This document shows, one piece after another, positions 21,394-30,599 of a stretch of DNA of 35,141 nt. The position numbers and the translations under genes are program-made. This stretch comes from a virus, in IMG/VR virus record IMGVR_UViG_3300025902_000010, positions 1-35,141 of that record, one strand, 5' to 3'. A model generated the notes under the pieces. The model did not search any database. It had not been told where the DNA came from and saw nothing but the letters and a program-made list of their open reading frames with translations. Position 1 is the stretch's first letter, and every line of letters begins with the position of its first letter.

Positions 21394-23501
21394 TCGCCCG
21401 CCAGCGTTGCAGGAGGTGTCACGATAATGTCCGGCTCGGTGTAGACTGTCGTTAGTACCGCTTGCCCGTTGTCCGTCAGCCATTCTTCCTCAATACCGCC
21501 CACAAGGTAATCACCGGATATGCTGTACTTCGGGATTGTCACGGTGATCTTGTCGAACAGGTCAAATGAGAATTGGCTCGCCGGTTGTGATTCCATCTGG
21601 AATATAGGGAATCTCAAAGTTGTTGCTACAAGTTGTGTCATGAATGAGTCGTAGAAGTCGGCCTGCCATGAGGTCTGAATGAACGGTGTGTCAATGGTCA
21701 GGGTTCTGGCAGCAGCCGTTCCTGCCTTGTCATAAACCTTGTAGGTAGATTCGTCAGATACAATCGGCTTGCCCCTGTTCTTTAGCAGGGTGCAGTAGTG
21801 ATTATTCACCGCATTAACGTTTGAGATAACGTTTTTACTTACTTCCCCAAAATAAGTAGTGGTAACGTCCCACTTTGCTGTCCTATCTGTACCTGTTCCA
21901 TCGGCTTTCGTGTTCATCTTGAAATCGGTTGTGTCAGCAGGTGCAACCATGTCATAACCGGCACAATCATCACCGCTGTATTTGTACCGCCCCCATACGG
22001 TCAGCCCCGCCGCCGTTGAGACAAGCGGTACATCGTTCATCTTCCACAATTTTACGGCTGTTGATTCTGGTGTACTCTTGTCGTACACATACACCTTCGC
22101 CGCGTTCCTGTTGAGTTTGTACGGTGAGGTGAGCAGTATGTCTTTCAGCATTACACTCTGGTCAAGCGAGATCACCGACGTTGTGGCTTCACGTGGTCTA
22201 AAATAGAACTTCCCGTCAGCCTTTGCGCAGAATAGCCCCGCTTCAGCGTCGGCTATGTCCTTGATGGTCTGGAAGGCTGTTTTCTCATTCGCCCAACAAT
22301 ACGGGATGATACCGTTTCCTGCGTCAATGCTCGAAGTGCCGTAAATTGCCGGCCACTCCGCGCTGGTTGTCATGTATGCGATCTGCGTACCCGTCTTCGC
22401 TGCCGCGCTTCCTGATAATATCGCCGTCGTGATGGTGTTATTCTGTAACTCTTTCAGCCCGTCGTAAGCCGTAATGAGGACTTGCGGGTTTGTCGCGTCG
22501 CCGATCTTTTCGATGGAGTCAACGCGACCAGTAAAGCGGTATCTTTCAAATCCGAAATACTGCTGTTGTGGAGGTTCAAAGGTTGATGTATAGGCGCACT
22601 CGCCATTGACGAATCTAACTTCATCAATGCGCGGTGTTGTAACGCCATAACTTGATTCCCACGCCATTACGGTTACACCTGCGGCTATATTTCCGGCTGT
22701 TTTACCGCTTATTGTGGTTCTTTCCGTCACACTATACGAAGTACCATTTATAAATATTACAGGTATATTCCCGTTCCTTCCTACGACAACGTGTACCCAA
22801 TAACCAGGCCCGAGTTTATCCAAAAAAATCATGTCGGTATAGAAGTCCCAGATAGTTACACCACCCTCTACCTGTTTACAATATAACTCACCACCGAAAC
22901 CACCTATAGATTTAATGTACCCTATCCAAAAATAATTATTAGAATCTTTATATTGTGTGATGAAAACGTGTTGATATCCTAATCCTTCCGGTAATTCGGA
23001 ATCAGGAAGCATTATCTGAAAATCCCATGACCAACTATTACTACCAAGAACAAAATCAGCGTGGTCTGCTGTCGTGGCTTTCTCGTTGATACTTGCCCCA
23101 CCGAATTTGTAATAATCTGTTGCGACTGTACCCGTCCATACCTTGCCGCTTTCATCTATAACACTTCCACCGTTGATACCGTTGCCATGCAACATCACTT
23201 TGATATGGCTATTGTCCGCAAGCGTGTCGTCTCCAACGTAAACCCGCACAAACCTTCCCGGCTCTACTTTCGGGTACAGCACCGAACTCGTGTTATACGG
23301 GTCATACACACCGTCCCAGTTGTCGAGTTTGATCTGCAACATGCCAGGCTCGACGGCTTCGAGTCCGTTCCCGCTCGCGTTGATGAAGTCCCTGCGCCCC
23401 CTGCTCAACCGGTAGTCCACCATGCGCGCCGCGTCGTTGCGGGATGTGTCAAACGTCCCCGCCGTTGTCCAGTCGAAATACACTTTCCAGGTAAGTGCCA
23501 T
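21390..23501 (-). CDS. distal tail (Dit-like) protein with inserted lectin/LamG-like domain (703 aa)
   Basis: Lies immediately after the tape measure. N-terminus (WKVYFDWTTAGTFD...LQIKLDNWDGVYDPYN...GRFVRVYVG) is typical of siphovirus distal tail proteins. Confidence 0.6.
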   Translation of the reverse strand: MALTWKVYFDWTTAGTFDTSRNDAARMVDYRLSRGRRDFINASGNGLEAVEPGMLQIKLDNWDGVYDPYNTSSVLYPKVEPGRFVRVYVGDDTLADNSHIKVMLHGNGINGGSVIDESGKVWTGTVATDYYKFGGASINEKATTADHADFVLGSNSWSWDFQIMLPDSELPEGLGYQHVFITQYKDSNNYFWIGYIKSIGGFGGELYCKQVEGGVTIWDFYTDMIFLDKLGPGYWVHVVVGRNGNIPVIFINGTSYSVTERTTISGKTAGNIAAGVTVMAWESSYGVTTPRIDEVRFVNGECAYTSTFEPPQQQYFGFERYRFTGRVDSIEKIGDATNPQVLITAYDGLKELQNNTITTAILSGSAAAKTGTQIAYMTTSAEWPAIYGTSSIDAGNGIIPYCWANEKTAFQTIKDIADAEAGLFCAKADGKFYFRPREATTSVISLDQSVMLKDILLTSPYKLNRNAAKVYVYDKSTPESTAVKLWKMNDVPLVSTAAGLTVWGRYKYSGDDCAGYDMVAPADTTDFKMNTKADGTGTDRTAKWDVTTTYFGEVSKNVISNVNAVNNHYCTLLKNRGKPIVSDESTYKVYDKAGTAAARTLTIDTPFIQTSWQADFYDSFMTQLVATTLRFPIFQMESQPASQFSFDLFDKITVTIPKYSISGDYLVGGIEEEWLTDNGQAVLTTVYTEPDIIVTPPATLAGE

Positions 23502-25211
23502 TTAGCCCGCCTTAGCCATTAGCCGTTTCATCATGGGGATCACGCGCCCCTCGAACTCTGCGCGGTCTGACAATGAGAGCGCCGGAGCGTAGGTGAAGTT
23601 GATCACCGTGTTACCGGATGAACCCCCGCCGGATGACAGTTTGTTATTCGGGATGATTGTCCCGCTTGTGTTCGGTACAAATAGTTCCGGTCCGACCTCG
23701 CCAACAATGTATGGAACCCCATTCATTACGGGACCGCCTTTGGCCTTCCCCATCTCTATCATTTTCGATCCGGCCTTATTAGAACCACCCATCAATATAC
23801 CGGCTCCCTCACCGGTTACAATGACGTTTAGTTCGATGGTCTGTTTTGGAATTACCTTGTTTTGCATTCTGACAAAGTTATCAACAGAATCCATAGCGCT
23901 TTCGTAAGCGCCTTTCATATCCTCACCGTATATTCCCCACTTTGTACCAAGTTCAATTAAGTAGCCAGATTCTTCTCTGGTAAGACCGCCCATAGCGAGT
24001 TCTTGTTCTATGAATCCTAGAATAATGCGTTGTGTTGCAATTTCGTGTTCGTCTGCGAGCCCCTGTGCTGCAAGCCCCTGCTCGTGTATCTTGTCGGTCA
24101 CGGCTTGAACTTCCGCGCTTCCAGTATCAAATCCCTGGTCAATCAGCGCTTGCTTCTCTACCATAAGTTCACGGATATTTGCGCGTATCTCGCCGAGATT
24201 GTCGTTGTAACTTTGTTCTTCTTGTGCTACCGTTTTGAACTGGGAGTAATAAGTCGCCCCGGCGTTTGTCATGTCTTCGATTGCCTGCTGTGCAGTGTCT
24301 GCCGCGTCTTGTGTTTCATAAAAGTCATCGTTAAGTTGTTCGATTTCAGCTAGTAATGCGGCGGTCTGTGCGGTGAGCTCCTCTTGTGTCAATCCGCCTT
24401 GCGCCCCGTATTTGACCAGTTGCTTGTAACGCTCTGTGAGTTCAGCTATTTTATCCTGATGTTCCTCTACCGCATCCGTTCCAGGTGTCAGTTTTCTCAT
24501 CAGGTTATCAAGCACGGGTATAACGCCCTGTGCTATTGTGTATTTGAATCCCTGCCATGAATCGCTGAGGTTATCCACGCTCCGCTTATAGTTCATGACA
24601 TCCTGCATGGAGCGCCCCGTGACGATCATATTATCCGCAATCGCCGCCGTCGCCGCTTCAATGCCAGCCGCGCCCTGCTCCATGAGTTTACCCATCTCCG
24701 CACCGGAACGCCCGAATGTCTTAAGTACAAACTCGGAGCGCTCAACGCCAGGTGGAAGCGCGAGGTACTGCTCAGACAATCTTTTCAGACCGTCGATGCT
24801 TACGTCTATTCCTTGCCGTGTCGCCGCCTGTAACGCCGCTTGTAACTTTTCCTGCGATATGAACAGGTCGTCGGAAGCCTGCACAAGACGCGAGGTGTCC
24901 TCTGTGCTGATCCCAAGCAACCGGCTCATGTTGTCAATCTCTGTGGCATACGCTACGGTTTCGTTGACAGAATCCGCGAGGAACTTTCCTAATGCCATAA
25001 CAGCGCCGCTTGCCGCTCCCGCTGCCGTTGCAAACCCCAACGAAACACCGGTCAGCGATTTGAACTTGTCACCAAACGCGCCGATCTTGTCATTCAGCCC
25101 GCCAAAACCGGTAGAGCCTTGCAATCCCTTGACCTGCCCGCCAAGTTCATTGAAGGCTTTTTTCGCGTCGTTGCGCGCCTTGATTACTACTTGTAGTTGG
25201 GCATCAGCCAT
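23502..25211 (-). CDS. tape measure protein (569 aa)
   Basis: Position after the G/GT chaperones; Ala/Gly/Gln-rich and helical. Confidence 0.8.
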   Translation of the reverse strand: MADAQLQVVIKARNDAKKAFNELGGQVKGLQGSTGFGGLNDKIGAFGDKFKSLTGVSLGFATAAGAASGAVMALGKFLADSVNETVAYATEIDNMSRLLGISTEDTSRLVQASDDLFISQEKLQAALQAATRQGIDVSIDGLKRLSEQYLALPPGVERSEFVLKTFGRSGAEMGKLMEQGAAGIEAATAAIADNMIVTGRSMQDVMNYKRSVDNLSDSWQGFKYTIAQGVIPVLDNLMRKLTPGTDAVEEHQDKIAELTERYKQLVKYGAQGGLTQEELTAQTAALLAEIEQLNDDFYETQDAADTAQQAIEDMTNAGATYYSQFKTVAQEEQSYNDNLGEIRANIRELMVEKQALIDQGFDTGSAEVQAVTDKIHEQGLAAQGLADEHEIATQRIILGFIEQELAMGGLTREESGYLIELGTKWGIYGEDMKGAYESAMDSVDNFVRMQNKVIPKQTIELNVIVTGEGAGILMGGSNKAGSKMIEMGKAKGGPVMNGVPYIVGEVGPELFVPNTSGTIIPNNKLSSGGGSSGNTVINFTYAPALSLSDRAEFEGRVIPMMKRLMAKAG

Positions 25212-25733
25212 GTTTCCTCAATTCGAGTACCTGTTTTGCTACCTGCCAGGCGTCGCTCTTGAAAAACGACGCGTCTTGTTTCGGGTCTCTCGTGATGTAC
25301 GCCTTCCACGCGTTGTACACGTTCACGGCGATTGTCATGCGCTCCACAAGTCCGGCGGGCTGGTCGAGTAACCCGCCGGAATGTGGCAGCGTTCCCCATT
25401 GCTGGCAGCGAAAAGCGAGGCGTAATTCATCCGGCGGCGACCCCTTGCCATCGGCATAGTCCGCCACCGCCAAAATCAGTTTTTTGGGTCAAATTGAAAA
25501 ACCTCTTTGATGTACTCTTGGATAGACCGGTTGATTTCGAGGATGTCGTGAGGCTTGGCATTGTCCACGTCAAACTCCAACCATCCCACCTCAACGGCAG
25601 CCCTGACAATAGCACCTGCTGATTCCACGATCCCGATGCTCTCATCATTCCCACCTAACCGGCGAAAAGACTTGTAAAACTTCTCCAATTGACCCTGCGT
25701 GATACTGTCAAAATCAATAGCTGGTAATTTCAT
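25204..25733 (-). CDS. tail assembly chaperone GT-like fusion product via -1 programmed frameshift
   Basis: The -1 frame after A_AAA_AAC reads KKLILAVADYADGKG..., continuous with ORF 25204..25473. Confidence 0.65.
25476..25733 (-). CDS. tail assembly chaperone (G-like, 85 aa from MKLPAIDF)
   Basis: Located between the major tail gene and the tape measure. RBS AAGGTGG. Ends just after an A_AAA_AAC slippery heptamer. Confidence 0.75.
   Translation of the reverse strand: MKLPAIDFDSITQGQLEKFYKSFRRLGGNDESIGIVESAGAIVRAAVEVGWLEFDVDNAKPHDILEINRSIQEYIKEVFQFDPKN
25479..25485 (-). promoter_or_regulatory. -1 ribosomal frameshift slippery heptamer A_AAA_AAC
   Basis: Minus strand ...GAC CCA AAA AAC TGA. 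I checked the frame arithmetic by hand. Confidence 0.7.
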
Positions 25734-26712
25734 TGACCACCTTGATCTCCGCGAACTTGGCGGCGGTAGCGTCATACCCGGCGCGGAATGTACCGGTCAC
25801 AATGTCATTCCCGTTCATGTCCCCGATGGAGTCAAAACTTTCCCACTTGCCCGCCAGGTCAACGATCAGCGTCTTGTAGGTGAAAGTCCCTGCGGTGGTA
25901 AGCGCGTTGCCCTCGAACTTCAGCCGTAACAGGCGAGCGGTCTTGGCTTTCCATGCGTCCTTCTCCGCTACGGCTGTGGCGTTGTGTTCAAACGTGACAT
26001 TCAAAAGAACTTCCGGCTTTGTTGACTGCGCCCATGAAAAGTACAATTGTCCATCAGCCGCGTATTTTGCGATCCATCCGGTGTTAACTGACAACGACAT
26101 ACCGAGAAGGGTGTTCGATTTCTCGGTGCTGCCGATCGTCCCGCCAACCTCGTCGATGTAGAGTTTGCCTTTTCCGAACAGGATTTCTTCAACGGTCGCC
26201 GGGGTTGTCACGGGGGTGGTGAAGGTGCATTTACTTACCTGCCGCCCCTTCCAGTTGGCCGACATTTGCAGCGCTTCACCGCCGTTGCCGGAAAGCTCAA
26301 ACGACTCTACAAATGCGTATTCGACTTCTTCAGCCTGCTGGTCGTCACCCGCTTCGATCGTCCATGTTTTGATCGAGTTCGCGCTTGTCGTCGGGAACGT
26401 GTAGGTGTACACCTTACCGCTTCCGCCCGTGTCAGTCACGCCGGTCACGACGTTCTTCACGCCAGCGCACAGGATGATCGGTAATCCCTCGAATGTAGCA
26501 GGTGTGGCATCGAACACGACGCCCGCCTCAACTTTCGGGATGTAGTTCCTGTCCTTGCCTGAAATGTAGCCGATGTCCTCGTCCGGGAAGATGACTTCCC
26601 GCTGATCCTCAATACTGCCTGTACCATGCCAGATGGTATCGGCAGCCACCGCCGTTCCGGCAGTCGTTTCCAGCCCTAACAACACTTTTCTTAACGCCTT
26701 AATTCCCATCAT
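25714..26712 (-). CDS. major tail (tube) protein (332 aa)
   Basis: Synteny: directly upstream of the chaperone pair and tape measure. Strong RBS GAGGTGA. Confidence 0.65.
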   Translation of the reverse strand: MMGIKALRKVLLGLETTAGTAVAADTIWHGTGSIEDQREVIFPDEDIGYISGKDRNYIPKVEAGVVFDATPATFEGLPIILCAGVKNVVTGVTDTGGSGKVYTYTFPTTSANSIKTWTIEAGDDQQAEEVEYAFVESFELSGNGGEALQMSANWKGRQVSKCTFTTPVTTPATVEEILFGKGKLYIDEVGGTIGSTEKSNTLLGMSLSVNTGWIAKYAADGQLYFSWAQSTKPEVLLNVTFEHNATAVAEKDAWKAKTARLLRLKFEGNALTTAGTFTYKTLIVDLAGKWESFDSIGDMNGNDIVTGTFRAGYDATAAKFAEIKVVNEITSY

Positions 26713-26866
26713 TCACCTCGCTTTGAATGTCGATCTTTTTGTCTTTTTCTTTGATGTACAACCCTGATTCCAGGAGTTGCTTGATGCCGTAAAACTTCGC
26801 TTCTTCATCGGTCAGGTCACGCGCCGGCACGCCGTGAATCCAACCGTCACCGATATACTTATACAT
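26699..26866 (-). CDS. hypothetical protein (55 aa)
   Basis: Hand translation: MYKYIGDGWIHGVPARDLTDEEAKFYGIKQLLESGLYIKEKDKKIDIQSEVNDGN. RBS GGGAGGTGG. Overlaps both neighbours. Confidence 0.5.
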   Translation of the reverse strand: MYKYIGDGWIHGVPARDLTDEEAKFYGIKQLLESGLYIKEKDKKIDIQSEVNDGN

Positions 26867-27542
26867 TTGCCACCTCCCTGTATTTCATCCTTGCGTGATT
26901 CGACTCCCACAATGAGCGCAACGGTTCACGATGCTCCACGCTGTTTTGTCGTTTCAGGTACGAACCGAGCGCCTCTCTGACGTGGTAAAACTTCACACCC
27001 TTGCTTGCCAGTCGCATCCAAAATTCATAATCGCCAGCGCTCTTGTAGGTTTCATCGAAGTAACCGAACTGCTTATGCAACCTCACCCTCCACATCGGCA
27101 TCGGACCTAAAAAACAGGCTTTGATAAGTTTGTCCAGCCCGCCCTCTTTCCACCTGTACTCACCAATAGGATTACCGCCGATTTCCTCAACGATGGAAAC
27201 GTCCGGGTAAACCACGCCGTAAGTCGTTTCCTTGTCCAAAATGTCAGCCATTTTCTTTAGCGCGTGCGGTGCGAGGCGGTCATCACAATTCGCGTTCGTG
27301 ACATACGGGGTGTTACTTGCCTTGATGCCGATGTTCCATGCCTCATACACGCCCGGAATGTCGTTAGTCTGGATAATCTCAACCTGTGGGAAACGCGCAC
27401 AAATACCGGCTTCAACGCTTCCCTTTTGCGCTACCGCGATAATGTCAACCTTCTCGGTCTGATTGACAAGGTTTTCTATCCTACCCTGAATGTAATCCTC
27501 TGCGAAATACGCGCTGATGATTGCCGTCACTCTACCAGTCAT
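26859..27542 (-). CDS. family-2 (GT-A) glycosyltransferase (227 aa from MTGRVTAI)
   Basis: VTAIISAYFAEDYIQGRIENLVNQT...IIAV... with a DxD-like NCDD; typical GT2 N-terminal half. Start at 27542 (the track start 27617 would overlap the upstream gene by 86 nt). Confidence 0.7.
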   Translation of the reverse strand: MTGRVTAIISAYFAEDYIQGRIENLVNQTEKVDIIAVAQKGSVEAGICARFPQVEIIQTNDIPGVYEAWNIGIKASNTPYVTNANCDDRLAPHALKKMADILDKETTYGVVYPDVSIVEEIGGNPIGEYRWKEGGLDKLIKACFLGPMPMWRVRLHKQFGYFDETYKSAGDYEFWMRLASKGVKFYHVREALGSYLKRQNSVEHREPLRSLWESNHARMKYREVANV

Positions 27543-28209
27543 TGATGTTTCCCTTTTCGAGTACCTGTTCTTTCGTTCCAGGCGTGAGGTTGATAATCCT
27601 GCGCCCGTGAACTTCATACATCGCCCTTGCCAGTTTGTAGGCGTGTTCGCTCCGTACTAAATCCGGATTATTCCAATGCTTACCCTTGAAGTAATCCGGG
27701 TGGAAGTGGTTCGGGTCGTTGCCGTCCAGCACCATCTCTTGATTCGGCGCTCCGTGATACTGGAATGAATGATCGACGCCAACGAGTAACACGTTCTTGA
27801 ACCCCATGTAATACGCGATCTGCATACATACGAAAGTAACGGTATGCCCCTCGTGAATCCATTGGCTCGCGTCCTGCGAAAACACAACAACGCCGGATGA
27901 GTTCAACGGCAGGCAGGTATCATCGAAACAGTAAGATGCTGGTAAAAACTTCGGCGCGTCTATCCTGGCAATGTCCTCGCTGAACTGCTGAATCACCAAC
28001 GGGTTCACCGAGCAGTAGTAGGTTGGTGTAAACCCGTCCATGAGGTATATCCGGTTCGTGCCAAACGACGGGTATTTTTTCAGGAAGTCAAGCGGTACAT
28101 CCCGCAAGGATGGTCCGTTGCCGATAATCAAACAGGTTTCGCCTTCGTGAATGTCCCTGTAATATCGCCATGAGCCGGGTGCTTGTGTGTTCGCTGTAAT
28201 ATCAGACAT
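27532..28209 (-). CDS. DUF115 (Maf/MptE-like) / GT42 sialyltransferase-like glycosyltransferase (225 aa)
   Basis: CLIIGNGPSLRDV..., FGTNRIY and GHTVTFVCMQIAYYMGFKNVLLVGVDHSF parallel the GNGPSL ... G(I/V)D motifs of Cst-type sialyltransferases and Maf flagellin nonulosonic-acid transferases. Confidence 0.55.
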   Translation of the reverse strand: MSDITANTQAPGSWRYYRDIHEGETCLIIGNGPSLRDVPLDFLKKYPSFGTNRIYLMDGFTPTYYCSVNPLVIQQFSEDIARIDAPKFLPASYCFDDTCLPLNSSGVVVFSQDASQWIHEGHTVTFVCMQIAYYMGFKNVLLVGVDHSFQYHGAPNQEMVLDGNDPNHFHPDYFKGKHWNNPDLVRSEHAYKLARAMYEVHGRRIINLTPGTKEQVLEKGNINDW

Positions 28210-28846
28210 GCGCTAATGCCCTCTTGTATCTCTGGAATGAACCGCAATCGAAGTACCAGGCGAGTGAGTACGTCCCCCAGCCGAGTTGCTCCATTGCCAT
28301 ATTGAACGCTTGCGTGTAATCCCTAATTTCAGGCAAGTATTTCTTCCATAACTCGACGCATTCCCTTGACCATACCAGCGTTCCCCATGCGGTTTGTGGA
28401 GGTGCTAGTGATGCGCTCTTGTCAACGATTTCGCCGTTCAATAACACGCCGTAATTCTGCGGGTCAAATGTCTCGAATAATCCGAGCATAAACTGGTGGT
28501 CTGGTAATTCCGGGAATCTACCTTGCTCCTGCATTGTGTCAGGCATGATGAAGTAATACCAATCCGCGTCGATGCTCAATGTCGATGCTATCGCGCCCCA
28601 AATGTCGGGCTTGTCCATCTGCGTTACAAACTCGACGTTCCTGCCCTGCAAGGCTACGGAGTGCGCCGCGATCTTCTGCGGGTTCGTGACAATGATTGTC
28701 GTATCAACCGGTATCATTTCGAGTGTGTCAACCGCGCGTGAGAGCAGCGTCATCGACTCGCCAACGGGTAACAATTCCTTGAACACGCCACCGAATCGCT
28801 TTGCCGCGCCAGCCGCCGGGATGATTCCGACTCTATTCGATGCCAT
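28202..28846 (-). CDS. sugar-phosphate nucleotidyltransferase (214 aa)
   Basis: N-terminal GIIPAAGAAKRFGGVFKELLPV matches the (I/V)IPAAGxGxR...K..LP signature of GalU/RmlA/IspD-type nucleotidyltransferases. Confidence 0.65.
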   Translation of the reverse strand: MASNRVGIIPAAGAAKRFGGVFKELLPVGESMTLLSRAVDTLEMIPVDTTIIVTNPQKIAAHSVALQGRNVEFVTQMDKPDIWGAIASTLSIDADWYYFIMPDTMQEQGRFPELPDHQFMLGLFETFDPQNYGVLLNGEIVDKSASLAPPQTAWGTLVWSRECVELWKKYLPEIRDYTQAFNMAMEQLGWGTYSLAWYFDCGSFQRYKRALAHV

Positions 28847-29459
28847 GTTTCTCCTTGAGGTAGTTCATCAAACTATTAAGCAGTTCCGCTTTTTTCTCTT
28901 TGAAGTCAGCCCGCGCCTGCTCTTTGTCCATGTAAAGATGCTCAATTCCCCACTCGTCACGATCAAACTCTATCAGGGGTATTCCCTCTTTAGCGGCTCT
29001 TATGCAGTAATCAATGTCCTCGAAATACATCGGGGTAAACGCTTCGTCAAACTTGCCTATTTTATGCCACACCTCACGGCTGATTAACATGCACCAACTG
29101 GAAAGATAATCAGGTTTCGATTTCAGCAGTTCGTGGCCTGTCCATTTTTTGAATCCATAGAGCGTGGACGTGGCAAGCGATTCAACCATTTTTGTAAAGG
29201 CTTTATGCACCCTCACGTCGTTGTTCATTACAACGTACCAATCTGAATTCCCTGCCCGGTCAATACCCCAATTCAACGCTTCTGCATAACCAAGTCTCTT
29301 GTCAGTCCTGTGGATATGCTCACCTTTCGGGTAGGGAGTAGCACTTGCGTTATCCACAACAACGATGTTTGCATCCGGCTCGTGAGTCCAAATATCCGCT
29401 ATCAACGGGCGCGTGTAGCGTTCCCAGTCGTCAATGCCAACGATAATCACACTAATCAT
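28833..29459 (-). CDS. family-2 (GT-A) glycosyltransferase (208 aa from MISVIIVG)
   Basis: ISVIIVG...IVVVDNAS...GYAEALNWGI...VVMNNDV is a GT2 signature. RBS GGAGG 7 nt before the ATG at 29459. Confidence 0.7.
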   Translation of the reverse strand: MISVIIVGIDDWERYTRPLIADIWTHEPDANIVVVDNASATPYPKGEHIHRTDKRLGYAEALNWGIDRAGNSDWYVVMNNDVRVHKAFTKMVESLATSTLYGFKKWTGHELLKSKPDYLSSWCMLISREVWHKIGKFDEAFTPMYFEDIDYCIRAAKEGIPLIEFDRDEWGIEHLYMDKEQARADFKEKKAELLNSLMNYLKEKHGIE

Positions 29460-30165
29460 CCCGCGCCTCCATGAGGTCTTGATTGTTCGCCGTCCACTTT
29501 TGCCACGTCGCGCCGTCAATAATCGCCGGGGTGATATGAGGACTTGTCACGGTAACATCTACCCACATCTTGATACCGTGCTGTACACACAGTTTGTTGA
29601 ATCCAATGTCTTCACCAGGCCAAGCGTCGCGCCATGATTGCGAGTAATCATTCCAGAACCAGGGCGGCGGGATTGTCTCAAACACTTCGCGTGCTATGAG
29701 TATCGACCCTGTACCTAACCGGTCAACCTCTACGATTTCATCGTCTTTTTCCCATGCGATTGTGTACATCGAGCCGTCCGCGCTGATCTTGTACGCGCAC
29801 GGGTCATAAGGTTCTGACCGCCTGAAATTCAATCCGCCCACGACTTGATACTTCTTCGGGTCTTTCAAAACCCATTTTGCCAAACGCTGAATAATATCGT
29901 GCGGGTGAACGTGGTCAATGTCGAGCATGAGGAGATGCGTGAAGTCTGATTTCAGCAACTCCATGCTTGCCCGGTTGCGTGCTAAATCCGTGCGCTGGTA
30001 GGGCATGTTCAAAACCACCGGACCCTGCGCCGCGATCTGCATACACGCCGGGAATACGAGGTCGGCGTAACTGATTGTTCGCTCCAGGAGGAACGCGACG
30101 AGGATGCGCGGGAACGCCCAACTCATAATCGGGTACTGCTCCAAAACACTTTTCTTCTCGACCAA
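29452..30165 (-). CDS. GT-A-like glycosyltransferase (237 aa), TTG start
   Basis: HLLMLDIDHV (DxD-like), GTGSILIAREVF, and WPGEDIGFNKLC. AGGAG lies 6 nt before the TTG at 30165. Confidence 0.5.
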   Translation of the reverse strand: MVEKKSVLEQYPIMSWAFPRILVAFLLERTISYADLVFPACMQIAAQGPVVLNMPYQRTDLARNRASMELLKSDFTHLLMLDIDHVHPHDIIQRLAKWVLKDPKKYQVVGGLNFRRSEPYDPCAYKISADGSMYTIAWEKDDEIVEVDRLGTGSILIAREVFETIPPPWFWNDYSQSWRDAWPGEDIGFNKLCVQHGIKMWVDVTVTSPHITPAIIDGATWQKWTANNQDLMEARDD

Positions 30166-30173
30166 TTTGTCTC

Positions 30174-30599
30174 CTATATCGCGGACTGAATCTTTATGTC
30201 TCGCACGGTGTACCTGAATCCCACCGTGTCAATTCCGGCGTAGTTCATAGCGATCAAGCCGGTACTCGTGATGCTTCCAAAAGTCGATACCGTGTTATTC
30301 AGTTTCGTGTCGTAGAGGTCGTCAAAGAGTTTCAACGGAATGTCATCGTATAACGCCACGATTCGCTTGTGCGCCTGCGGTAGGGTGTTACGGGGCGTGT
30401 GGATTTCAACGATTACCGAGTACATAGCCGTCATGTAACCGGAAGGCAATCCGGGGATAAATTCAGTCTCGCCGGGGTACATCACGACCCAGTTTTCCAC
30501 AGTCGGAAGGGCTTCTGGTAGATATTGATCCGCGCCCTTGATGCCGGATATGGCTTCAATGTCTGTCTGCATTCGTGCGATTGCGTCTTGGATTGCCAT
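30174..30599 (-). CDS. head-tail joining protein (tail-terminator or head-closure candidate) (141 aa)
   Basis: Called from synteny only; follows the connector gene with a TAATG overlap. Confidence 0.4.
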   Translation of the reverse strand: MAIQDAIARMQTDIEAISGIKGADQYLPEALPTVENWVVMYPGETEFIPGLPSGYMTAMYSVIVEIHTPRNTLPQAHKRIVALYDDIPLKLFDDLYDTKLNNTVSTFGSITSTGLIAMNYAGIDTVGFRYTVRDIKIQSAI

